Source of the DNA: Candidatus Cloacimonas sp.
GTDB lineage: Bacteria; Cloacimonadota; Cloacimonadia; Cloacimonadales; Cloacimonadaceae
Reading direction: 5' to 3'
Length of the DNA stretch: 64,000 nt
Assembly (NCBI GenBank): GCA_039680785.1
Contig: JBDKSF010000068.1
Location: 31,922-95,921 of the forward strand
The position numbers and the translations under genes are program-made. How positions within the stretch are numbered: the stretch's first letter is position 1; every line of letters begins with the position of its first letter. Shown piece after piece: positions 47,762-56,902 of the stretch. The notes below the pieces were generated by a model. It searched no databases, had not been told where the DNA came from, and saw only the letters and a list, made by a program, of their open reading frames with translations.

Positions 47762-50485
47762 TTAATTAAGCAGTAACAGCTTTTTGGTAAAGGACTTACC
47801 TTCCACTGATATTTTGTAATAATAAACTCCGCTGGAGCACTTTCTGTTATAGTTATCTTTGCCATTCCAAGAAAATTGATGGGAACCGTTCTTCATTGGT
47901 GCGTTAACCAGATCTTTAACTTTTTGTCCCTTAATATTATAAACGGAAAGCGAAAGCGAAGCTGATTTATTTAAATTAAAGCTAATTTGGGAGTTTTGGA
48001 TTGCGGGATTGGGATAAACACTTAATGTTTGAATCGCTGGGCAAAAGACAGGATCGCTATTACCATCTGGAATATAATCATAAACATCCAATGCAGAAAG
48101 AATTATGCCTGCCAGTTCAGCTAAAGTATGTTCACCTTCTTGCACTTGCGAGAACTGAAAGGAGGAAGTAATAACTTTATAATCGTCGGTAGAGTTTAAA
48201 ATTGCCAGAATCGGATTATCCGTTTCTCCATTGTTCGCTAAAAAGATTCCTGAGGCAGTTTCTTGATTAGGCAATAAGGCAAAAATAAGTGAATCGGAAG
48301 CAGCATAATTCCAGGAAAAATGGGTTTCCGGGTGATAAAGAGAAGATATATTCACGGGATCGGCAAGTTGAGCTCCCATTTTGGTATAAAGAGGTCCGTT
48401 GCTTGCATCTATATAATTCTCGCAGTAGAGTTTACCGCCTGCTTCCAGATAGCTGTTTAAGTAACTATAGGCAAAGGAAGTTGGCTCAAGTGAGGATGCC
48501 AAAATAGAATCCCCGGCAAGATAAAACACTGCCTCAAAGTTATTTATATAGTTGTAATCAGGAATAAGTTTATCGGTATAGATAACATTAAAATTAGTGA
48601 GCTGGTGAATTGCGTTAACTAAGGCAATGCCTTCATTGCCACTGGGTTCCCAAACTAAGATTTCTCCGTTCAAATTGGGTTCTTCATCCGTCCAACCAAT
48701 CATCGGATCGCCAAAAAGCATAAAAGTATAAACATTTTGCAATTCAGGATAAATTATGCCTCCGGTATCCAGTGAATCACCAAAAAGATAATATTGCGTA
48801 TGTAAAAGATTGGCATAAGAATGCGCGGAGCCCAAGTCAAGCTTGTTCTGACGGAAATTCTCCACAAAATGATAATTATAGCTGGAAAGTCCACCCCAAC
48901 CTGGATTCAGCCAACCAATTTTATACCAACCGGTTCTGGTGGCGGCTAAAACACCCACCGCTTTTTTTATTAAGGCATATTCTGCCAGGCAGGTTTCATT
49001 GATATCCAGCATTCCATTATCACAAGAAGCGGCAAAAATTACGGTTCCATCTTGATTTTGTAAACTAATAAAACTTTGGCGATCCACCATTCCCATCCAA
49101 TCCATTTCTCCGCCATCAGGAATGTTATTATGGTTAAAATCTGCCATCCAAACTTTTCGGGAAGAGGAAGTTGCACTGCCATGAGCACTCCAGTTAATAA
49201 ATCCCCAGCTTTCGGCATTGATTTTGTTGCGAAGGTTGTCATAATTAACTGGTAAGTCACTGGGAAATGAAGTTACTACGCCTTCTTGTTCATACATCGT
49301 AAAATTGTTCTGCTCTGCCAAACAGGTATCACATAAATAGTCCATAAATAGTCCGCCATCGGTTGGAAGAAATCCCAGTTCCGGCTCATCTTGATAGTTG
49401 AGAAAACAGGCAGGAAGCAGATTTTTATCTTTCCAGGGCTCGCTAACTTGTTCATATTCAACGATGCGATTGGCAATAGAGGAAACCTCAGAAACCACAT
49501 TGGTAGAAATGCGTCCCACAAATACCTCAGGCGTGAAGTCAATGCCATAGTCCTCATCCATATAACCGGTTGAATACTCACCTCTTCTGCCATCATTATC
49601 GGTATCCCAATCACTGCTTAAATCAGAATAAAAGAAATCGGTAGGAACTGTTTCCGCTCCATCGGGTTCCGGAGTTACATAAGCCGGGGGTATTATATCA
49701 TAATCACCTGCCAAAAGTAAATAGGAAAAAGGATTTTGATTATAGGTATTTTGCAGAAAGTTGCGTAATTTTTCAGCATTATCGGTTCCCATCCCGGAAG
49801 CCAATGCTGTTGCTATATTGCAAAAGGAGACATCAATGTTTTGGGATTGGCGGAAAAAGACCAGTGCACTTAACGCATTGTAAAGCTCTGGGGTAGTTAT
49901 AATTAGAAGATGGTTATTGCGTTCTTTGGAGGTATTGTACCACTGCGTAAGATATTGCGGATTGGCAAAATAATTAGCGTTTTTACAAGTGGGCGGAATT
50001 GTCCCTTTGGTTTTAGCTGAGGCAGTGTAGTTTATCAAAATCTGACAGGAGCTGTTCCAAAGCCAATTGGAACCGTTATAAACAGCTGGAAGAACGCTAA
50101 AACAGGCAAAATTAAGTTCACCCCATTTTCTTAAGCCCTGATAGCGGTAACGAGAGATAATGTTTCTCTGAAAGGGATAAGTTAATATGTGCTCGCCATC
50201 AGTAAAAGCAGGATTCACGGCAGGGGATTCACCCGGGAGAGTTTTTGCCTCCGGAAAAGTTATCTGCCAATTATCCACCACCGCATCTTTGGGTAAGAGG
50301 ATATTTATTTGTTTAACAGGCAGTTGCAAAGTTCCGGGGGCGCCGGAAAAGCCATAACCCTGTTTACTTAATGAAGAGGTCGAAAGTCCATTTTCCAAAA
50401 CCGGAAATTGCACCGTAGTGTTTAGAGTGGTTGCCATAATTATTAATGGCAAGCATAATAAGAGGAGACAAAGTATTTTTTTCAT
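47762..50485 (-). CDS. C25 (gingipain-like) cysteine peptidase with T9SS/FlgD-type C-terminal domain
   Basis: signal peptide; 'LLLAGD', 'TDFFYSDL', 'FVGRI', catalytic His in 'SAHGS' and Cys in 'AASCDNG'; tail 'YPNP...YNIKGQKV...WNGKD...SSGVYYY'. Confidence 0.88.
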   Translation of the reverse strand: MKKILCLLLLCLPLIIMATTLNTTVQFPVLENGLSTSSLSKQGYGFSGAPGTLQLPVKQINILLPKDAVVDNWQITFPEAKTLPGESPAVNPAFTDGEHILTYPFQRNIISRYRYQGLRKWGELNFACFSVLPAVYNGSNWLWNSSCQILINYTASAKTKGTIPPTCKNANYFANPQYLTQWYNTSKERNNHLLIITTPELYNALSALVFFRQSQNIDVSFCNIATALASGMGTDNAEKLRNFLQNTYNQNPFSYLLLAGDYDIIPPAYVTPEPDGAETVPTDFFYSDLSSDWDTDNDGRRGEYSTGYMDEDYGIDFTPEVFVGRISTNVVSEVSSIANRIVEYEQVSEPWKDKNLLPACFLNYQDEPELGFLPTDGGLFMDYLCDTCLAEQNNFTMYEQEGVVTSFPSDLPVNYDNLRNKINAESWGFINWSAHGSATSSSRKVWMADFNHNNIPDGGEMDWMGMVDRQSFISLQNQDGTVIFAASCDNGMLDINETCLAEYALIKKAVGVLAATRTGWYKIGWLNPGWGGLSSYNYHFVENFRQNKLDLGSAHSYANLLHTQYYLFGDSLDTGGIIYPELQNVYTFMLFGDPMIGWTDEEPNLNGEILVWEPSGNEGIALVNAIHQLTNFNVIYTDKLIPDYNYINNFEAVFYLAGDSILASSLEPTSFAYSYLNSYLEAGGKLYCENYIDASNGPLYTKMGAQLADPVNISSLYHPETHFSWNYAASDSLIFALLPNQETASGIFLANNGETDNPILAILNSTDDYKVITSSFQFSQVQEGEHTLAELAGIILSALDVYDYIPDGNSDPVFCPAIQTLSVYPNPAIQNSQISFNLNKSASLSLSVYNIKGQKVKDLVNAPMKNGSHQFSWNGKDNYNRKCSSGVYYYKISVEGKSFTKKLLLLN

Positions 50486-51330
50486 TGTTTTTCCTTTATG
50501 GTAATGGCCACATTATTATTTGCCAGAGGAGACGAAGTTTCCTGTGCTGTTTTTTCCGCTGATTTTGCATTTGGCTTTGCCTCAATATCAGAATTATAAC
50601 CCAATCCCTTTCCCGTTACTAACACATTTATCCGATTAAACAATTGTCTGATTCGATAAAGCATAATTTTATCGGGATTTAGCTGAGCCAGCATTTTAGC
50701 AATAAGGTTATCCCAATTGATTGTTTCTTTTTTTTGAAAAAAGCCGATGGAATGTAAAACTGCCATTATGTATTTGTGAATATTGTTTATTTCTTCTTTA
50801 CGGGCGGCATTGTAATATTTATTTAGGGTTTGTTGTTCTTCCACTGGCAAAGCATAAATTTCCCAAAGTGCCAAGGCAACTGCCTGAGCCAGATTTAAAG
50901 AAGGGAAATCCGGGTTTGCCATAAAGTGACAGCGAAGTGTGCAAAGTTCTGCCTCGGAATCAGTTAAGCCGTATGTCTCGCGTCCAAAAACAAGTCCTAT
51001 TTTAGCATTGGGCAAATTATGCACATATTTTGCCATCTGCCGAGGACTAAGGTCTATGGGTTTGGTTTTACCCACGCGACGGGAAAAGGCAATAACTCGT
51101 TCCAGGTCTGCAACGGCATCTTTCAGAGAGGTATAAGTATTAGCATTTTCCAGAATTTGTTCACTGTGCATAGCGAGGTAGAAATCATTTTTTTCGGGAA
51201 CTTTGCCTACTATGCGCAAGTCAGAAAAACAAAAATTATGCATAATTCTGGCTATGGCGCCTACATTTCCTCCGTAGATTGGTTCCACCAAAATTACAGC
51301 GATGTGGGAATATTGGGAAATGAGTTTCAT
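50482..51330 (-). CDS. SPOUT tRNA/rRNA methyltransferase, TrmJ/LasT family
   Basis: 'VILVEP..GGNVGAIARIMHNF', 'LVFGRETYGL', 'PSLNLAQAVAL'. Confidence 0.88.
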   Translation of the reverse strand: MKLISQYSHIAVILVEPIYGGNVGAIARIMHNFCFSDLRIVGKVPEKNDFYLAMHSEQILENANTYTSLKDAVADLERVIAFSRRVGKTKPIDLSPRQMAKYVHNLPNAKIGLVFGRETYGLTDSEAELCTLRCHFMANPDFPSLNLAQAVALALWEIYALPVEEQQTLNKYYNAARKEEINNIHKYIMAVLHSIGFFQKKETINWDNLIAKMLAQLNPDKIMLYRIRQLFNRINVLVTGKGLGYNSDIEAKPNAKSAEKTAQETSSPLANNNVAITIKEKQ

Positions 51331-52217
51331 ATTTGTCGGGAGGAGCGATTATTCTCTGAATTGCTTACCTTGTTGTTATGAAAGTCCTTTTTCTTCTTTT
51401 TATTGATGATTCCATAAAGTTTTGATCCCATTAAAGATACTTTGGGATTAGAGTCGTTACGCCAGTCCGAAATTGTCTTTTGGGTAATATTCATAAATTC
51501 GTTGGTTTTATCTCTTCTACTGCGTTGAGAGTAGATATTAGCCAGTTTTTTCATCGTTTGCCAAAGAATACGAATACGGTTTTCGTCACCTTCCATAAGC
51601 CAGCGACGGATATTACTGTAACATTGAACAGGACGTTGCCTACCAACCTGAGTGAGGATATGGCTTACTTTTTTCTGCACTTCTTCGCTTTCGTCATCCA
51701 ATAAACGAGAAACAAAAGTAAGCACATATTGAGGGTGGCGAGAAGCAATATTTTCCATTCCATGCATACTGATGGCGCGCTTTTTTTCATTATCGGATTC
51801 AGCCCAAAGAGGCATATATTCTTGCATCACATCGGGGGCTTTCTTCCAAAGTTCAAAACAGATGGTTTCTGATTCCCAGGGCACGCTTTCAAAGGTCTTT
51901 TCCACTGTTTTTACAATGATTTCAGGATGTTCCTGATGTTTATAATAGAAATAAAATAAAGCCGTAGCTCTTACGCCATAAATAAAATGCTCCAAAAGAC
52001 GAATGCAAATTGCATCCAATTCACCATTTCCGGGATATTGAGCCAGGCGTTTACCCATTTCTTCACGCACAAAATAATTAGCTGTGTTTCCAGTATCTAT
52101 TATTTGCTTTTCCGCCAAAGCGTATTTTCCCTTTTCTAAATTGCGGAATATTTTTTCCACTTCTGCATCAAGGATTTTATAATCATCCAGATTCAGACGA
52201 CCGATTTCTTTTATCAT
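51327..52217 (-). CDS. HEAT-repeat protein (DNA alkylation repair-like)
   Basis: 'WAESDNEKKRAISMHG', 'LLDDESEEVQKKVSHIL'. Confidence 0.5.
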   Translation of the reverse strand: MIKEIGRLNLDDYKILDAEVEKIFRNLEKGKYALAEKQIIDTGNTANYFVREEMGKRLAQYPGNGELDAICIRLLEHFIYGVRATALFYFYYKHQEHPEIIVKTVEKTFESVPWESETICFELWKKAPDVMQEYMPLWAESDNEKKRAISMHGMENIASRHPQYVLTFVSRLLDDESEEVQKKVSHILTQVGRQRPVQCYSNIRRWLMEGDENRIRILWQTMKKLANIYSQRSRRDKTNEFMNITQKTISDWRNDSNPKVSLMGSKLYGIINKKKKKDFHNNKVSNSENNRSSRQI

Positions 52218-52494
52218 TTAACCTGCTTTGCGACGAATATTTTTGTTCCGTCACTATAATTGATAGTGTTCTTAGCACTTGTATTCTTATATTGTTTTGG
52301 CACGAATCTAATTGTTACCCTTCCCTTGGATAGAATTTATTATACGGGATTGAGGATAATTGGGATTGATGTGTATCGCTATTAAATACACACCTATTTA
52401 ACTTCTGTTATCTGTCAAGAAAAATATGCAGCTGAAAAACAAGTTCCTCCTAACGGAAATTTAAATTAGAAACCCTATAAACCCTTGATTTTTT

Positions 52495-52711
52495 GTACCG
52501 GCGCTCGCTGTAGCGCCGAAAAAATTAGGCGGAACGGAGTCCACCTGTACAGGGGGATTTATTTGTACCGGCGCTCGCTGTAGCGCCGAAAAAATTAGGC
52601 GGAACGGCGTCCGCCTGTACAGTGGGTTTTTTGTACCGGCGCTCGCTGTAGCGCCGAAAAAAATAAGGCGGAACGGCGTCCGCCTGTACAAATAACGGCG
52701 TCCGCCTGTAC
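52495..52711. repeat. REP-like doublet array (CGGCGCT-CGCTGT-AGCGCCG plus GGCGGAACGG(C/A)GTCC), 3 copies of about 69 bp
   Basis: GTACCGGCGC at 52495, 52565 and 52633; the second hairpin is the reverse complement of family C. Confidence 0.88.
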
Positions 52712-52767
52712 CTGAAAATTAGTGGATAATATCTATCGCGTTTTGCACTTGCCAGCGCAATGATTTT

Positions 52768-53565
52768 GTGTATCCTTTCTATATGAAGAGAAGTTTCCTA
52801 ATCATTTTAATCGTATTGCCGATGGTTTGTTTTGCGCTTTCCGCAGAGGAAAATAGTTATCCAACAGATTATCTACTTTCCTATCCTGCAACAATTTATA
52901 CCGAGGCAACGGCTCCCCTAAACTGGCAAAAAGCAAATTGGCTACAGGCAAGCGTCATAATTTTAACAGCAGGGAGTTTATATTTTCTGGATGACGAATT
53001 GCGTGAGCTCTATCAACGCAACCGAACTGAATTTACCGATAATATTTTTACGGGCGCAAAGCAATGCGGAGAGGTGAAAATTGTGCTTCCAGCTTTAGCC
53101 ATAACCACTTTAGGAGGGTATCTTGCCCAAAATGAAAAGATTACCGACACGGGTTTGCTGTGTTTAAAAAGTTCTGTTTTGGCTTTATCAGTTACGCAAA
53201 TCCTCAAGATGGCTTCGCAAAGGCAAAGGCCTTTAAAAGACCAAGGCGAACAATTTTGGAACGGAAGCAAATTTTCGTTTCACAATGATAGTTTTCCTTC
53301 CGGGCACTCAACTTTGGTTTGGAGCATAGCACCCATCATAGCAGAAGCGAATCAACCAATAAAATGGATTCCACCCACGGTTTATGTAATGGCAACTTTA
53401 ACTTCGTTATCCCGCCTGAACGATGATCAGCATTGGACCAGCGATGTTTTTACCGGAGCGGTAATTGGATATGTAACGGCAAAATTAACATTAAAAACCA
53501 CTCCTCATTGGCAGCTAAGTTATTATCAACAGGGGCAGGGAGTTTCCGTTCTTTATCGTTTCTGA
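52768..53565 (+). CDS. PAP2-family phosphatase
   Basis: 'K...QRQRP', 'SFPSGHS', 'SRLNDDQHWTSDV'. Confidence 0.88.
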   Translation: MYPFYMKRSFLIILIVLPMVCFALSAEENSYPTDYLLSYPATIYTEATAPLNWQKANWLQASVIILTAGSLYFLDDELRELYQRNRTEFTDNIFTGAKQCGEVKIVLPALAITTLGGYLAQNEKITDTGLLCLKSSVLALSVTQILKMASQRQRPLKDQGEQFWNGSKFSFHNDSFPSGHSTLVWSIAPIIAEANQPIKWIPPTVYVMATLTSLSRLNDDQHWTSDVFTGAVIGYVTAKLTLKTTPHWQLSYYQQGQGVSVLYRF

Positions 53566-53659
53566 GCAGATACCCGCTATTTTACTTCCCCTCCAATCCC
53601 AAACCAATTTTCAGGCAGATGCCCAAAAGTTATCAGGAACTGCATATATTTTCTAAGTT

Positions 53660-53800
53660 GCTTTTCCCCTGCCAATTACGCTTATGCCTCGCCTCATCCA
53701 CTCCTCCTCTTCCCCTCCTTTGCTCCTCGTTTAGGAGGAGAGGAAGGGGAGCAAATAAGGAGAAGTAGATAGGAAGATAGTAAGACAAAAGCTGGGAAGG
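53660..53800. repeat. pyrimidine-arm/purine-arm long hairpin element
   Basis: CTCCTCCTCTTCCCCTCC...GGAGGAGAGGAAGGGGAG; inverted homologue of 20600-20735. Confidence 0.55.
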
Positions 53801-53933
53801 GAAGCGAAATCAGCTAAAGTTAAAGTTCTCTCTAAAATAAATAACAAGCGTCCATCCTATTACTGGAATAAAAATTGCATATAATATTAAGAAAGGTTTT
53901 TGTTTTTCAGAAAGTAAAGAGGAGGAAAGGAAA

Positions 53934-54941
53934 ATGAAACGCCTTGTTCTATTATGCGTGCTTTTTACCGCAATATCCTTCGCTGGGGCAAATCCCATTG
54001 TGGAAAATTTAATCAGCAGATTCTGGTTTGAAGAAGATAATGTGCTGAAGATTGAATTAAGCAGATTTTTCCACTACTATAACATTGAAACGGTAACTTA
54101 TCTGGATGCCGAGGACTCACTTACCTTTGTTATTACTCCAGATTCTTTGGAGTTTCATCTCATTCAAATTCCGGAAAGTTGTAATACACCTGCTCAAGGA
54201 TATTTTACGCTACGAGCTGCAGAATTAACTGATGATACGGTTCATTGGGGAGAGGGCTTGGAAAATGATTTAAGCCCCTTATACGATACTCAATGTGCAA
54301 TTCAAATGCTTTATGATAATTTTAATGGTGATAATGTTTATGGTTGGGCAAAAGATATTTCACCTTCGGTTTGCAGTTCACAATATTGTTCTGCCAGATT
54401 CACTCTCCAAGTGATATGTACTGATTTAAGCGGTTTACCGGTTGCCGGTGTTTCTGTTTTTCACAGTCAATCCGGTTGGGGTGAATTTAATAATCCGATT
54501 ATAACTAATGCGGAAGGCATTGCCACAGATGATTTATGGCCTATGAAAACGCGGTTTTGGGTAAAAAATCCCCTTAATGATGAAACGGTGTTTGATACCC
54601 TGTTTTTTGCCGAACCCTCGGAACTTAAGACCTTTTCGGTGCAATTGCCAATTTCCGTAGAGGATAGTGTTTTGCCCTCTGCTACCGGTAAACTGATCAT
54701 AAATCCTTCCGTGCTGAATATGAATTCCGGAAAGGCATTACATATTGTTTATGGCCAAAAGATTTCCGGTAAGGCAGAACTGATTTTATATGACCTCAAA
54801 GGACGCAAACTTGCCGCAACAAAATACACAAAAAAGGAAGTGGATTGGCTGCTTCCCAAGCTTGCCAACGGTATATATTTTGTCCGTTTAACGAACGATG
54901 GCAAAGCATTGGGAACGGCTAAACTGATCGTCATCAAGTGA
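53934..54941 (+). CDS. secreted protein with T9SS type A-like C-terminal domain
   Basis: signal peptide; tail 'LILYDLKGRKL...LANGIYFVRL....KLIVIK'. Confidence 0.7.
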   Translation: MKRLVLLCVLFTAISFAGANPIVENLISRFWFEEDNVLKIELSRFFHYYNIETVTYLDAEDSLTFVITPDSLEFHLIQIPESCNTPAQGYFTLRAAELTDDTVHWGEGLENDLSPLYDTQCAIQMLYDNFNGDNVYGWAKDISPSVCSSQYCSARFTLQVICTDLSGLPVAGVSVFHSQSGWGEFNNPIITNAEGIATDDLWPMKTRFWVKNPLNDETVFDTLFFAEPSELKTFSVQLPISVEDSVLPSATGKLIINPSVLNMNSGKALHIVYGQKISGKAELILYDLKGRKLAATKYTKKEVDWLLPKLANGIYFVRLTNDGKALGTAKLIVIK

Positions 54942-55510
54942 AATATGTAGTTCTATCTATTTTAATAATCGGCATAACAGCCCTTTCGGCACTTAGCTTT
55001 GAGGCGGAAGAATTAAATTTTACCCTCCAAAAAGAGAGGTGGGAAATGGAGGGCTTATATTATTTTGCCAATTACGATACCATTGCTGTTGCCCAATTAA
55101 TTTATTTTCCGATTCCGGTGGATAGTGTTTGTTTGCCGGCAACCCTAAAAAAAATAGCCATTCAGGAAGGGAAAGATGCCAAAGTAACAATGAAAAAACA
55201 GACCCAGAACGGTTTTTCTTTTTCACTTTCTTTGCCCGCAAAGTCATTTTGCTCCGTGCAAATTATCTATACTCAGGCACTGAAAGGAAATTATGCCAAA
55301 TATATTATTACTTCAGCAAATGCTTGGGGCAGACCTTTACCTTATGCAAAATATACTCTCAGAAAAGGAAAGAAGGTGGAAATAACCGCTCTGCCTTTTC
55401 CGGTTCAGAAACGGAAAAAAGATAGTTATACCTGGGAATTTTACGATTTTGTGCCCGATAAGGACATAGCAGTGCATTTTGTGGCCAAGCAAAATAACAA
55501 GGAAAAATGA
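54938..55510 (+). CDS. hypothetical exported protein
   Basis: GTG start overlapping the upstream stop; signal peptide; 'YIITSANAWGRPL'. Confidence 0.65.
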   Translation: MKYVVLSILIIGITALSALSFEAEELNFTLQKERWEMEGLYYFANYDTIAVAQLIYFPIPVDSVCLPATLKKIAIQEGKDAKVTMKKQTQNGFSFSLSLPAKSFCSVQIIYTQALKGNYAKYIITSANAWGRPLPYAKYTLRKGKKVEITALPFPVQKRKKDSYTWEFYDFVPDKDIAVHFVAKQNNKEK

Positions 55511-55693
55511 AGTGCACGGATTAACTCAGATTATTATGCTTAAGCTCTTTTGGCTTAATAAGTTACCATAAGTTGAGCAGAAACTGAAGGGAAAGGCCAA
55601 AGTGCGAGTAATGAGCAAGGTTAAAAAAGCATTTGACATATAATCAAATAATCAGGATTAGACGCACAATGAAATTTAATGGATCGGGAAGAT

Positions 55694-56902
55694 ATGAAAA
55701 TATTAGTATTAAATTGCGGTAGTTCCTCTATTAAATATCAGCTTATTGATATGCAAACAGAGAACTTAATGGCAGAGGGCATTGTAGAAAAAATCGGGGA
55801 AGATATTGCGCTTTTTACCTTTAAAAGTAGCAAATACACGAAAAAGAAACGCGAAATGGTGATTGATAATCATGAACAGGGTTTGCAACTTATTTTGGAA
55901 GCGCTGATTGATCCGGCCACTGGCGTTCTGAATGAACTAACGGAAATAGATGCAGTAGGCCATCGTTTGGTGCATGCCGGAGAACATTATTCCGATGCGG
56001 TGAAAATTACTGATAATGTGGTAGAAGTGATGGAAGAATGTATATCTCTGGCGCCACTGCATAATCCTGCCAATTTGAAAGGCATAGAAGCAGTAAAAAA
56101 TAAAATGCCGGAATGTCCTCAATGCGGTGTTTTCGATACTGCTTTTCATCAAACAATGCCCGCTATGGCATATTTGTATCCCTTACCGCTGGAATTTTAT
56201 ACTAACTATAAAATTCGGCGTTACGGTTTTCATGGAACCAGCCACAAATATGTAAGCTTTAAAGCGGCGGAATTTTTACACCGTCCGTTGACGGATATGA
56301 AAGTGATAACCTGTCATCTTGGTAACGGAGCTTCCATTTCTGCCATCAAAAATGGTAAATCAATAGATACTTCAATGGGTTTTACTCCCTTAGAGGGCTT
56401 GATGATGGGAACCCGTTGCGGAGACATTGATCCTGCCATTCCGATACATATGCAACAACAGCTTGGACTTACAGTGGAAGAAGTGAATAACATATTAAAT
56501 AAAAAAAGCGGTATGCTGGGTTTGAGTCATATTTCCAATGATATGAGGGAAATTGAAAGCGAAGTATTGGAAAAAAATAATCCCAAGGCGATTATGGCGT
56601 TAAATGTATATTGCTACCGCATAAAAAAATACATCGGCAGCTATTTTGCCGCTCTGAACGGACTTGATGTTTTGGTTTTTACCGGCGGAGTAGGTGAAAA
56701 TATGCCGATTGCTCGTGATATTATCTGCCGGGATATGGAAGCGCTCGGCATAAAGATTAACCTGGAAGAAAATGCCAAACATAGTGATGATATCCAAGTT
56801 TTAAGTTCAGCCGAAGCAAAAGTAATCGTGCTAAAAATACCAACTAATGAAGAGCTGATGATAGCTCGCGAAACAGAAAACATATTAAGGCAGGAAAAAT
56901 GA
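55694..56902 (+). CDS. ackA: acetate kinase
   Basis: MKILVLNCGSSSIKYQL, GHRLVH, APLHNP, FDTAFH, YGFHGTSH, GFTPLEG, FTGGVGEN, PTNEE. Confidence 0.97.
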   Translation: MKILVLNCGSSSIKYQLIDMQTENLMAEGIVEKIGEDIALFTFKSSKYTKKKREMVIDNHEQGLQLILEALIDPATGVLNELTEIDAVGHRLVHAGEHYSDAVKITDNVVEVMEECISLAPLHNPANLKGIEAVKNKMPECPQCGVFDTAFHQTMPAMAYLYPLPLEFYTNYKIRRYGFHGTSHKYVSFKAAEFLHRPLTDMKVITCHLGNGASISAIKNGKSIDTSMGFTPLEGLMMGTRCGDIDPAIPIHMQQQLGLTVEEVNNILNKKSGMLGLSHISNDMREIESEVLEKNNPKAIMALNVYCYRIKKYIGSYFAALNGLDVLVFTGGVGENMPIARDIICRDMEALGIKINLEENAKHSDDIQVLSSAEAKVIVLKIPTNEELMIARETENILRQEK

